Positions 31,463 through 41,233 of a DNA stretch of 64,000 bases are shown piece after piece; the stretch's first letter is position 1, and every line of letters starts with the position of its first letter. A model generated the notes under the pieces. The model was given only the letters and a program-made list of their open reading frames with translations. It made no database searches and was not told where the DNA came from. The translations under genes and the position numbers were made by a program. Origin of the DNA: a bacterium (GTDB taxonomy: Bacteria; SAR324; NAC60-12); NCBI GenBank assembly GCA_965209155.1, contig OZ242383.1:448001-512000 (forward strand). The letters run 5' to 3'.

Positions 31463-33445
31463 ATGTGTAGAGAAAACGTCGAGAACCTGCTTTCGGGAAC
31501 GAAAGCAGGTTTTAAAGCAACCTGCAATCTTGTTTTTAATCAAAAAGCAGAAAGGAGCACCATGAACCGTCAAAAAAGTAGAGGACTCGTCGAGAACGTG
31601 CTTTCGGGAATGAAGGCAGGTTTTAAATCAATCCTAAATCTTGTTTTTAATCAAAAAAAAGAAAGGAAAAAGATGGATAATCAAAAAAGCAAATCAACCT
31701 TCAGTGCAATCCTGATGTCCCTCACCTTGGGGGTGGCGGCATTTTGGGTCAGCCCGGTTGCCGCCCAGAAGTATGTGACGGATCCCACCACTGGAAAAGT
31801 AGTGACTGCTCCTGAATACGGCGGGACACTCACCTTTGCCCGGAAAGATACTCCGGAGGGTCCTGACGTCGTGGTCCATTGGGGGGCGGAATTTCTCTCC
31901 GGTGGTGTTTTAGAGAAGCTGACCACGGCGGACTGGGCAACCCCCAGGGACAAATATAACTTTGTGTTTCACAACGTTCCAACTCACACGAGAGGGCAAC
32001 TGGCGGAAAGCTGGTCGCAGCCCGACCCACTGACGTATATCGTCAAAGTTCGCCAGGGTGTTCACTGGCATGATAAGCCGCCGATGAACGGTCGGGAGCT
32101 GACTGCCGATGATCTCGTATATAACTATCACCGTTTTACGGGTACGGGCAGCGGCTTCACCGAACCTGGCGAACTTACCCCTGACTTCAAAGGTGTGCCA
32201 TTTGAATCGATCACGGCCACCGACAAATGGACAGTTGTTTTTAAGCTCAAGCAGATAAACCTCGGTGTACTGGCTATTATCCTCGATAGCCCCTGGGCCT
32301 TCATACACCCCCCCGAGGTAATCAAGAAACACGGGGGCATTACGGACTGGAGGAACCTGGTCGGCACCGGACCTTTGATGCTGAAGGACTGGACCAAGGG
32401 CAGCTCGATCACCTGGGACAAGAATCCTGACTACTGGGGCACCGACGAAAAATACCCCGAGAACCGCCTGCCCTATATTGACCGCTTAAGGGCCCTGATT
32501 ATGCCCGAAGTGGCAACACGTCTGGCGGCACTACGCACGGGTAGGGTTGATTACATAGGTCCGATCGGCGCGACTACCATGAGGACTCTCGACCAGGTAG
32601 AGAGCCTCCAGCGGACCAACCCCGGACTCGTGATATGGCCGGTTCCCCCCGGTCGGTCGGATAATGGTTTTGGTGTAAACGTTCAGATGAAGCCCTTTGA
32701 CGACATCCGGGTGCGCAAGGCCATGCAGATGGCACTAAACCTCGAGGAAATCAACAACGCATACTATAAGGGTTATGCAGATATAACACCGCAGGGACAG
32801 CTAAACCGTTCTTTTACAGATGTTGTCACCCCATTCGAAGAATGGCCCGAAGAGGTCAAGAAGGTCTTTGACTACGACCCGGAAGGTGCCGAAGCGTTGC
32901 TGGATGAGGCCGGGTACAAGCGCGGCGCAGACGGCATTCGATTCAAGTCCGTGCTGATGCACATCGAGCGGTACGATTTGAACTATGTCCAATTAGCCCT
33001 TTCATACTGGAAAAAGATTGGCATTGATGTGGAGATTGATGTACAGCCAGTAGCTCCCTTTGTCGCTAGAAGAGCTGAGAAGGATTTCGAAATGCAGAAT
33101 GCGGAAGCGGCTGGGTTTTGGCCTCCATTGGGATCGCAAAGGCGCTTTACGCCGACCGCACTATGGAACAGCTCCAATGTCAACGACCCGGTTTATACAG
33201 CCATGCAGGAAGCCCTAGAAGCCGCTACTACCCTCGAGGAGGCGTTCAAGATAGTCGGAGAGATGCAGCAGTATGCGATAGAGAAGTTCTGGCAGATATG
33301 GGGTCCTATGCCCCCATATTATTTGGCGGTCCAGCCGTGGATCAAAGGTTTTAACGGTGAAACGAGGTTGGGGGGCTCCGGTCAAGATTTACGCATCTTC
33401 ACCCGCCTCTGGATTGATCAGGAGCTGAAGGACAAGACCTATTAA
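31463..33445 (+). CDS. Family 5 ABC substrate-binding protein, module 5 (probable start 31673)
   Basis: SBP motifs; two N-terminal repeat units. Confidence 0.93.
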   Translation: MCRENVENLLSGTKAGFKATCNLVFNQKAERSTMNRQKSRGLVENVLSGMKAGFKSILNLVFNQKKERKKMDNQKSKSTFSAILMSLTLGVAAFWVSPVAAQKYVTDPTTGKVVTAPEYGGTLTFARKDTPEGPDVVVHWGAEFLSGGVLEKLTTADWATPRDKYNFVFHNVPTHTRGQLAESWSQPDPLTYIVKVRQGVHWHDKPPMNGRELTADDLVYNYHRFTGTGSGFTEPGELTPDFKGVPFESITATDKWTVVFKLKQINLGVLAIILDSPWAFIHPPEVIKKHGGITDWRNLVGTGPLMLKDWTKGSSITWDKNPDYWGTDEKYPENRLPYIDRLRALIMPEVATRLAALRTGRVDYIGPIGATTMRTLDQVESLQRTNPGLVIWPVPPGRSDNGFGVNVQMKPFDDIRVRKAMQMALNLEEINNAYYKGYADITPQGQLNRSFTDVVTPFEEWPEEVKKVFDYDPEGAEALLDEAGYKRGADGIRFKSVLMHIERYDLNYVQLALSYWKKIGIDVEIDVQPVAPFVARRAEKDFEMQNAEAAGFWPPLGSQRRFTPTALWNSSNVNDPVYTAMQEALEAATTLEEAFKIVGEMQQYAIEKFWQIWGPMPPYYLAVQPWIKGFNGETRLGGSGQDLRIFTRLWIDQELKDKTY

Positions 33446-33545
33446 CAGGCCGATTGAAAGCACTTGTGGAGGGGCCGTTCTGCCCCGTCCACTCCAGGAA
33501 TCCCCGCGTTTTCCTACCAATTTCTAAAATGATGAGGTCCGTCCC

Positions 33546-34499
33546 ATGAGAGCCTATCTCATCAGGCGATTATTACTGATCTTCCCCACCCTGTTTATCT
33601 TGAGTATCCTGGTCTTCCTCTCGGTGCGCTTCCTGCCAGGCGATGTCATCGACATGATGGTCAGTCGTATGAACTTTGGTGGCGTAGTCGACCGGGAACT
33701 TATAGAACGCAGGCTCGGCCTGGACCTGCCGACCCACGTGCAGTATGGACGTTGGATGGGAGGCATTCTCCTGCACGGCCGCCTTGGTCAGTCCCTGCTG
33801 ACCAGAGAATCGGTAGAGCAGGCGATCTTAGAGAGACTACCGGTCACCCTTGAGCTCGGTTTGATGGCAATCCTCATCGGGCTTCTGATCGCGCTGCCCG
33901 TTGGCATCTACTCGGCGATTCGCCAGGATAGCGCCGCCGATTACCTGGGGCGCTCCCTCGCCATCATCGGCCTGGCCACGCCGAACTTCTGGCTCGGCAT
34001 CATGGTCATGATCTACCCGGCCATCTGGTGGGGTTGGGCGCCGCCGCTGGAATTGGTTCCTTTCACAGAAGACCCGCTGGGGAATCTGGCGGTGTTCCTC
34101 ATTCCCAGCCTGATTCTGGGAACAGCCTCGGCGGCCGCAACCATGCGGATGATGCGCACCATGATGCTGGAGGTCTTAAGGCAGGACTATATCCGCACCG
34201 CCTGGTCCAAGGGGCTCCGGGAACGGGTCGTGGTGATCCGGCACACCATCAAGAATGCCCTCATACCGGTTATCACCCTGATCGGCCTGCAGTTGCCGAT
34301 CCTGGTAGGGGGCGCGGTGATCATGGAGAACATCTTCAACCTGCCGGGGCTCGGCCGTCTCCTGGTGAATGCCCTCAATGAGAGAGACTACCCGATGGTC
34401 TCCGGAGTCAACCTCTTTTTCGCCACCGGGGTGGTGCTGCTCAATCTCCTCATCGACCTGATTTATCCCTATTTGGACCCGAGAGTGCGGTATGAATGA
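33546..34499 (+). CDS. DppB/OppB-like ABC permease
   Basis: Intact 317 aa; EAA-like motif. Confidence 0.93.
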   Translation: MRAYLIRRLLLIFPTLFILSILVFLSVRFLPGDVIDMMVSRMNFGGVVDRELIERRLGLDLPTHVQYGRWMGGILLHGRLGQSLLTRESVEQAILERLPVTLELGLMAILIGLLIALPVGIYSAIRQDSAADYLGRSLAIIGLATPNFWLGIMVMIYPAIWWGWAPPLELVPFTEDPLGNLAVFLIPSLILGTASAAATMRMMRTMMLEVLRQDYIRTAWSKGLRERVVVIRHTIKNALIPVITLIGLQLPILVGGAVIMENIFNLPGLGRLLVNALNERDYPMVSGVNLFFATGVVLLNLLIDLIYPYLDPRVRYE

Positions 34500-34537
34500 G
34501 GGGATTAGACTGAAGCGGCCCTCAGCCCTGGGAATAG

Positions 34538-34617
34538 GGTCAAGTGTTGATTTGTGACATAATTTTTCTCAAAAGGCAATGACTGCTGAATTAAAGTCAC
34601 GAGTCAAGACTTGACCA
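34538..34617. repeat. REP/MITE-like inverted repeat abutting a half attC (34617-34631)
   Basis: GGTCAAGTGTTGATTTGTGAC...GTCACGAGTCAAGACTTGACC, then AACGGCTGGTTGGAC as at 19764. Confidence 0.6.
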
Positions 34618-34715
34618 ACGGCTGGTTGGACAGACTCGCGGGTTCGAAGCGACGAGGAGGATTCTGCCTTCTCATTCTTTATGGGATTCAGGAACCCCTT
34701 GGGGCTGAAATTGTC

Positions 34716-35113
34716 TCAGGAAACCGACCAATCCTCTAATACAAGACCTGGGACATGTCCGAAGTCACGCTGATTTCTTGTTACCACAATCAGGTGATGG
34801 ACAAGGGCAGTAGACGCTATCTGGAGATCTTGACTACCGATTCGAATTTCTCGCTTTCGCAATTCTTGGAATTGTTGCTCGCAAGCTAGATCAAAGGGAA
34901 TGGTCGGAATTGTGCTGAAGAATAGCACGGTTTCCATCAGCTTCCGGTAGGCATGAACTCTGCGTTCGCCCTCTGAGCGTCGTGCCAGCACGGCTAAACG
35001 TCCTCGCAACATCTCTTCAACGGTAATAACGCTGACCGCCAGCGAATCTGTAGGGTGGGATGTCCTCTCTCCAGTTGGCTGAGATGATCTGTGTCAAAAA
35101 TCCGTTCAACCAT
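34716..35113 (-). pseudogene. VapC/PIN toxin, frameshifted
   Basis: MVERIFDTDHLSQL is out of frame with ...IGSQDLQIASTAL...VVTRNQRDF...LEDWS. Confidence 0.82.
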
Positions 35114-35400
35114 TATGACACATTCTCTCTTCGTTCGCGGTTGATTTCCTTGATGAAATCGTCGAAATCCGGGTCATCCGCCGATCGTCCGAAGGCCTTG
35201 AGCCATGGATGAGAGGATTCGAATCCTGGGATATCGATCTGAACGACCTTAGCCGAAGTGAGCCATTCTGCTAAAGCCTGTGAGACTTTTTTCAACGCAT
35301 CCGCTTCCGTATTGGCCACCCTTCGTAGTTCAGGTATTCCCATCGGTACCGCTTCATAGTGATTGTTGGCCTTCGTCTCCAGGATGATAGGATACTGCAT
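35113..35400 (-). CDS. HicB-like putative antitoxin
   Basis: MQYPIILE...YEA...P.L...A.TEADAL...HPWL..FG...DDPDFDDF. Confidence 0.7.
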   Translation of the reverse strand: MQYPIILETKANNHYEAVPMGIPELRRVANTEADALKKVSQALAEWLTSAKVVQIDIPGFESSHPWLKAFGRSADDPDFDDFIKEINRERRENVS

Positions 35401-35736
35401 TGTCGCTTCTCCGTCGTAGTATTTTCGATCAGATGATCACCATTATGCTTCAATCGTGCGATGAGTTGCAAGTTTGCGTTCTTCTCTGTTTCTTCCACGG
35501 CTAACTTTTATTGGAGGCAAAAATTCGTAGATATCCGGTTTATCGTTGTCGTTGCTTGCCTCTTGCGATACCTCTGGGGGTACTTCCAACCATCCCAGCG
35601 TATAGGCCAGCAGCGAGAACTACATCCTTAGGTGCTGGGTTGCGTAATCAGTCTATAGATCTACACACGATCTTAGACTAGTTTGCCTCAACTTGACCGA
35701 CGTTGCAAGGAATTGGTGAATCTCTGCTTCTCCGGC

Positions 35737-35857
35737 AGTTAACGTGACGCTCAGTTGCCGCTGGCTCTGAGTTAATAAGAGGGAATAAACAAAATTTCAA
35801 CTGCAAATTGAATGTCCAAGCAGCAGGGTAGCGGTCAACTGGAGCAGCGTGTTGGGA
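35737..35857 (-). other. attC site
   Basis: Minus strand TCCCAAC-acgct-GCTCCAGTTGACCGCT...AGCGGCAACTGAGC-gtcac-GTTAACT, about 30 nt after the stop of 35889..36128. Confidence 0.85.
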
Positions 35858-35888
35858 AATGATAGTTGTATTCTGGTTGAAGTGAAAG

Positions 35889-36128
35889 TCATGCGACTTT
35901 GGGAAATTTTGCAACTTTCACAAGTTGCTCTGCTGCTAGTTCCGGTTTTTTTCTAAATTCATCAAGTTGTTTTGCAACTTCAGCATCGAATAGAGTTTCA
36001 TGACATGAACTGCATTTTGTTACAGGAATATCCTTCATAAGAATATAATCGTTTCTACCAAATACTTTAACTGCTTGAGTTGTTTTGTCTAAATAAGCCG
36101 TTTCTTTATTGCAATTTGGACAAATCAT
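35889..36128 (-). CDS. YgiT/MqsA-type zinc-finger protein
   Basis: CPNC...DIPVTKCSSCHETLFD. Confidence 0.85.
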   Translation of the reverse strand: MICPNCNKETAYLDKTTQAVKVFGRNDYILMKDIPVTKCSSCHETLFDAEVAKQLDEFRKKPELAAEQLVKVAKFPKVA

Positions 36129-36129
36129 A

Positions 36130-36411
36130 TCAAACCTCCCAAAAGACTGTTATGATGATGACCTTCTTTTTTTCTTTCACCACTACACCAATTTGCTTGT
36201 TTTTCTGAGTCGAATTTCCAATGATAACATATTTCCACTCTCCTGTTGATATCTCTATTTGACGTTCTGTAATTCTTCCACTTAAGATGCCTCGCTCGAT
36301 ATCTTCTACAAAGAAATCATCGTCGTTAAGCTCGTTGATTGCGTGTTGCGTCAATTGATACATTTCTTTGTTTATTTTTTGTTGAATTCTTTTCAAAGCT
36401 GCTGAAAACAT
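36130..36411 (-). CDS. DUF4258-family protein (putative toxin)
   Basis: YQLTQHA..EL.DD...DIE..IL.G.I...KYVI.G...IITVF. Confidence 0.8.
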   Translation of the reverse strand: MFSAALKRIQQKINKEMYQLTQHAINELNDDDFFVEDIERGILSGRITERQIEISTGEWKYVIIGNSTQKNKQIGVVVKEKKKVIIITVFWEV

Positions 36412-36640
36412 TATTATTCTTTGTAAGGTTCATTCTTCTGACAATAAGTAGAGTATGGTATCTATTTTTTACCTTCCCAACAAGAAGATGCGCAGTTCTG
36501 GATATCATTCATGGTATTGATAACTGGAAATTGGTTTCTGTATCAAGTTATAAATTTTCTAACTGGATAACATTACAATCTGAATGATATAAATCGGAAG
36601 ATATCATGATCACTGTACCGGAAGCGCTTCAAAAAAAGTA

Positions 36641-37033
36641 TGCCTGAAACTGCGCATCGGCCATTTCAATTTTGATCATCAGATTTTGACCATCCATGAT
36701 GGCAAAGGGCAAAAGGATCGGACTGTTGTGCTGCCTGAGGCGATTGCGCCTGAAATGAAAGGGCAGCTCGAAAAAGTGATCAGGCTGCATCAGGTAGATT
36801 TGGATCGAGGGTATGCCGGGGTTTTTATGCCCGGGATACTTGAGAAAAAATAGAAAAATGCGGGAAAGGAATTGACCTGGCAATGGTTTTTTCCGGCAAA
36901 GGAATGGCTCTATGTGGCCGGCACCCAGGAATACCGGCGCTACCATCTCCATGAAACGCATGTGCAGAAAGCGATCAAGCGGGCGGTGCGAACCTCAAAA
37001 ATCCTCAAGCGCGCCTCGGCCCATACCTTCCGG
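36641..37033 (+). pseudogene. intI: Integron integrase fragment with internal TAG at 36851
   Basis: CLKLRIGHFNFDHQILTIHDGKGQKDRTVVLP...DLDRGYAGVFMPGILEKK*KNAGKELTWQWFFPA...[18 protein letters not shown]...KRASAHTFR; includes the IntI-specific insertion. Confidence 0.9.
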
Positions 37034-37269
37034 CAATGGTTGGATTGAATAGCCCCACAGGTGATCAGGGTATCCGCGCCTTTTTCGATCGCATCCCCGA
37101 CTACAAATTCCAGTTTTCGGGTTTTGTTCCCACCTTCGGTGCCAGGGAGTAAATCGTCCTGTTTGATGTAAATATTCGAGCCTCCCAAGGCTTTTGAAAA
37201 ATGCGGGAGGGCGTGGAGGGGAGTGGGGGCTTCAAGGTACTTTCTTCGTGGAAAACGAGCTGAATCCAT
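37030..37269 (-). pseudogene. D-cysteine desulfhydrase / ACC deaminase family, N-terminal fragment
   Basis: PTPL...[20 protein letters not shown]...[17 protein letters not shown], then runs into antisense intI. Confidence 0.85.
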
Positions 37270-37534
37270 AATTTTTTATCTGGGGAGAAATCTCCTGCGC
37301 TTGCTGTGAGCGGGTGGAGGTGATAAGGTTAAGCAGGGTGAGCCATTTCCCACCAAAAGTGAGGGGCGCGCAGCCTGACCCATCCTATCATCCGACTCTC
37401 TATCAGGAAAACACGATGTCAGAAAACACCATCAAGTCCCCACGCTTATCTATTCCAATCCGCATATTCCGGATAGAACCCAAGCCATTCTCAGTCCTAA
37501 GGACGATTCTATCATTCTCCAACTCCAACAATCA

Positions 37535-37655
37535 ACTCAAATCTTGAAGCAAGGCGGAGCTGCCTTTGTGGTGATCCCCTGCAACAACGCGCACTACTGG
37601 ATTCCACAGATCCGCGAAGCGGTTGATAATCCGATCATGGACATGATATACGAGT
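37535..37655 (+). pseudogene. Aspartate/glutamate racemase internal fragment
   Basis: ILKQGGAAFVVIPCNNAHYWIPQIREAVDNPIMDMI (PCNxAH motif). Confidence 0.75.
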
Positions 37656-37709
37656 CCGTTCAATGCTCTTGTTGGGCAATCTGATTTATATTTATATTGT
37701 TTAAAAAAC

Positions 37710-37747
37710 TTGATTAATTGTTTTTTTATTGTACATTTAACTGTACT
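37710..37747 (+). promoter_or_regulatory. yefM-yoeB promoter/operator
   Basis: TTGATT-N16-TACATT overlapping the palindrome GTACA-tttaac-TGTAC. Confidence 0.55.
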
Positions 37748-37765
37748 TAATCAAAGGGAGGTCAA

Positions 37766-38017
37766 ATGGAAGCAATTTCATATACCAAAGCTCGTCAGAA
37801 TTTTGCCAAAACGATGAAACAAGTTTGTGATGACCATATTCCTATCATCATTACTCGAAAAAATGAACGCCCGGTTGTCATGCTGTCCTTGGAAGATTAT
37901 CAAGCCATGGAAGAAACAACTTATTTACTGCGTAGTCCAAAAAATGCCAAACGGTTACTTGAATCTATTGCAGACCTGGAAAGCGGTGGTGGAACCATAA
38001 GAGAATTAATCCAATGA
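37766..38017 (+). CDS. yefM: YefM/Phd antitoxin
   Basis: MEAISYTKARQNFAKTM..V.DDH.P.IITR...SLEDY...EET.YLLRSP.NA.RL. Confidence 0.92.
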   Translation: MEAISYTKARQNFAKTMKQVCDDHIPIIITRKNERPVVMLSLEDYQAMEETTYLLRSPKNAKRLLESIADLESGGGTIRELIQ

Positions 38018-38268
38018 ATCTTGTCTTCTCTGAACGTGCCTGGGAAGATTATTTATATTGGCAACGAATTGATAAAAAAATATTAAAACGTATCAATACC
38101 TTGATTCAAGACATTCAACGCCATCCTTTTAAAGGAATTGGAAAACCGGAACCTCTTAAACATGGCTTATCAGGATATTGCTCTAGACGTATCAATGATG
38201 AACATCGGATCGTGTACAAAGTTGAGAAGAGTGATATAAGAATTGCTCAACTCAGATACCATTATTGA
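38014..38268 (+). CDS. yoeB: YoeB/Txe toxin
   Basis: AWEDYLYWQ...GIGKPEPLKH.LSG..SRRI.DEHR...RYHY. Confidence 0.93.
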   Translation: MNLVFSERAWEDYLYWQRIDKKILKRINTLIQDIQRHPFKGIGKPEPLKHGLSGYCSRRINDEHRIVYKVEKSDIRIAQLRYHY

Positions 38269-38429
38269 TCCTGGTTTACATCCCATCCTGTGTACAATCG
38301 TCTAGTTCAGGCCCGTCTTGTATTTCCGGCAATGATCTTTTGAAAATGATTCCCATCAATCGCTCCTGAGCAAGCTCAAGCAACTTTTTGCAAAAACTGT
38401 TTATTTTGAGTGCGTATCACTTATAGCGC

Positions 38430-38480
38430 TACAGGAAAACGCAAACGAGGCCTCCTCTCCCGGTTGCTCAACCCCTTCTC
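38430..38480 (+). pseudogene. 3' tip of dppC (probable remnant of the module 5 permease)
   Basis: GKRKRGLLSRLLNPF matches dppC C-termini. Confidence 0.7.
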
Positions 38481-38632
38481 TCAGCAGTGACGGTCGCATA
38501 GGAGCACAGGATGAGTTTTGGTATTGACAATGCAGGGGGCAAGTATATGTTACACGGATCATGGCTCCCATTCCGGAGCGACTGAGTCAGTTTATGATGA
38601 CCGATTGAGGGACTTGGAGGAGGTAAAACGCA

Positions 38633-38695
38633 ATGGGTGACAGACTTGAATGAAAAGTTGCAATCATAACCGGTGGGACGAGCGGTATCGGTTCG
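38633..38695 (+). pseudogene. SDR oxidoreductase N-terminal scrap
   Basis: GGAGG SD, then MGDRLE*KVAIITGGTSGIG. Confidence 0.7.
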
Positions 38696-38742
38696 ACTGT
38701 CTCTTCAATAATACCAGAGGCGTTACGGCTTTTGGTCCAGTT

Positions 38743-39319
38743 ATGGAAAAGTGCTGAAAATGTTGACTTCTGGATCTCAATATGAAAAAAATATTTTCGT
38801 TGATCACCAGAAGACACTCATGAATGAGTCGCCCTGTTCAAAAAAAGCTTGATCATTATTTGCAGAGCGATTATTTAATATTTTATTCTAGGGATGGAAG
38901 GGCAATATAGCGATTCTTCTCTTTACTGCTCGGCGAACCGTCAGGATGACATGAAAGTCTGAAATTAACCCGTTTCAAGTATAATAACATCTTGAACAAA
39001 AAGGTTAAAATGACAGCACAATCCCAACACCCAATTCCTAAGCTCAAAGCTCCTAGTTCCAGTTCTAATTTCCAAGTTTCTAGTTCCAAGCACCCAGTTC
39101 CCAGTTTACAGGTTCATAGGGTTCTACCCCGTTGTGTCATCTCGACCTCAGGGAGAGATCCTTGAAGTTGTACCTCAGTTCATTTCAGCACATGGAAATT
39201 CCTCCAGTGCATGGAAAGGTCATGGTTCATGGCCCCTCCTGGAGCCAATGAATCGGTTTTTGATAGGGTAATATTCATGGTGAATATTGCTTTTTTAACT
39301 TTTTATATCAGAGGTCAAA
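38743..39319 (+). repeat. Module 6 leader (shortened, divergent variant with degenerate heptamers at about 39020-39105)
   Basis: Shares blocks with the other leaders; 3' part nearly identical to module 2. Confidence 0.88.
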
Positions 39320-41224
39320 ATGAAAGTAATAATCAGAAGCATCGTCGAGAACGGGCTTTCGGGAACGAAAGCAGGTGTTAAAGCAACCCGTAATCTTGTT
39401 TTTAATCAAAAAAAAGAAAGGAAAAAGATGGATCATCAAAAAAGTAAATCAACCTTCAGTGCCATCCTGCTGTCCCTCACCCTGATGGTGGCCGCCCTTG
39501 GGATCAGTTCGGCTGTCGGGGCTGAGAAAAAGATGGTCAAAGATCCCAGCACTGGTAAAATGGTGAGTGCACCTGAGTATGGCGGGACATTGACCTATTC
39601 GCAGCCTTATAACCCTCCGAGTCCTGACGTCTTTATCCATCACGATGCGGCAGAAGCCCTCGGTGTGGTTGTAGAGACGCTAGCCATCGCGGACTGGGCA
39701 CTGGATAGGGACGTATTTAACTATAGAACAACGTACATGCCTGAATTTGTCTGGCGAGGGCACTTGGCGGAGAGCTGGGATACACCCGACCCACTAACTA
39801 TCGTCTTGCATATCCGCAAGGGTGTTAACTGGCACGATAAGGCGCCGATGAACGGTCGGGAGCTAACTGCCAAGGATATCGAATATAACTTGCACCGTTA
39901 TTTGGGTCTGGGCAGTGGCTTCACCGCACCGAATCCCAAGTACGCCACGCACCCGATGATTACACTGCCATGGGAATCGGTAACGGCCACCGACGATCGG
40001 ACGGTTGTTTTCAGGCTGAAGAAGGCAGACCCCAACGCGCTAAAGCAAATTTTATATAGCTTCATGACTTTTATATACCCGCCTGAGGTAATCAAGGAAC
40101 ACGGCGACCTTTCCGATTGGCGTAATGTGGTCGGCACCGGGCCCTTTGAGCTGACTGACTGGGTCGAGGGCAGCTCTATGACCTGGATCAAGAATCCGGA
40201 CTACTGGGGGTACGACGAAAAATACCCGGAGAATCGCTTGCCCTATCTTGACAGGTTAGAGATGCTGGTTATGCCAGACATAGCAACACGTATGGCGGCA
40301 TTACGCTCGGGAAAGATTGATGGACTGGCTGCGTTTCTCGGCTGGAGTCAAATGAAGTCTATGGACCAGGTAGACAGCCTTAAGAAGACCAACCCCGAAC
40401 TGGTGATAGAGCCGTTTTCATTTCGGTCGATGTCGTCTTGGACTGTTAACACGAGGAGGGCGCCCTTTGACGACGTCAGGGTACGCCACGCATTGCAGAT
40501 GGCACTGGACCTTGACACCATTAACGCTTCGTACTGGAAGGGTTATGCCGATACGACACCCCAGGGGAGGATAGGGGCAGGTACGGTTGGGTATTTCACC
40601 CCATTTGCAGACTGGCCTGAAGAGGTCAAGGGATACTATACCTATGACCCGGCAGGGGCAGAAGCGTTGCTTGATGAGGCTGGATATCCGCGCGGCGCCG
40701 ACGGCATTAGATTCAAGATCGTCTTGGAAGTGAGCCTCCCGATTTTTAAAACCTATTTACAGAATGCCGAATTAGCTGCCTCCTACTGGGCTGCGATTGG
40801 CGTTGATGTAGAGGTTAGGGAGACGGAGACTTCTGTTCTCAGGGCAAGGGTTGATGAAGGTGATTATGATATGATCACTACTTCTTCGGGTTCGGATACC
40901 GGGGCTATGGGGCTTATAATGCAAAACACGTCGGACTCTACTTACAACACCCCCAACGTCCGGGACCCGGTTTTTGACGCCATGGTTGCAGAGGCCCAAG
41001 CCGCTACCACCATTGAGGAGCGGAAGAGGCTGATTAAACCGATAGATATGTACATAACAGAAAAGCACTGGTTTATATGGGGTTCTAGAGTTCCAACGAT
41101 GAACGTGCTCCAGCCGTGGGTCATCGGTTATAACGGTGAATACGAACTGGGATCGGTGGACCGTCAATTAATAGCGGCCCGCCTCTGGATTGATAGTGCG
41201 CTGAAGAAAGAAATGGGGCATTAG
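39320..41224 (+). CDS. Family 5 ABC substrate-binding protein, module 6 (probable start 39428)
   Basis: SBP motifs and signal peptide. Confidence 0.93.
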   Translation: MKVIIRSIVENGLSGTKAGVKATRNLVFNQKKERKKMDHQKSKSTFSAILLSLTLMVAALGISSAVGAEKKMVKDPSTGKMVSAPEYGGTLTYSQPYNPPSPDVFIHHDAAEALGVVVETLAIADWALDRDVFNYRTTYMPEFVWRGHLAESWDTPDPLTIVLHIRKGVNWHDKAPMNGRELTAKDIEYNLHRYLGLGSGFTAPNPKYATHPMITLPWESVTATDDRTVVFRLKKADPNALKQILYSFMTFIYPPEVIKEHGDLSDWRNVVGTGPFELTDWVEGSSMTWIKNPDYWGYDEKYPENRLPYLDRLEMLVMPDIATRMAALRSGKIDGLAAFLGWSQMKSMDQVDSLKKTNPELVIEPFSFRSMSSWTVNTRRAPFDDVRVRHALQMALDLDTINASYWKGYADTTPQGRIGAGTVGYFTPFADWPEEVKGYYTYDPAGAEALLDEAGYPRGADGIRFKIVLEVSLPIFKTYLQNAELAASYWAAIGVDVEVRETETSVLRARVDEGDYDMITTSSGSDTGAMGLIMQNTSDSTYNTPNVRDPVFDAMVAEAQAATTIEERKRLIKPIDMYITEKHWFIWGSRVPTMNVLQPWVIGYNGEYELGSVDRQLIAARLWIDSALKKEMGH

Positions 41225-41233
41225 AGGTTTCAA

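Noticed and set aside
36629..36961. 110-aa minus-strand ORF from the track
   Set aside because: Antisense shadow of the intI fragment
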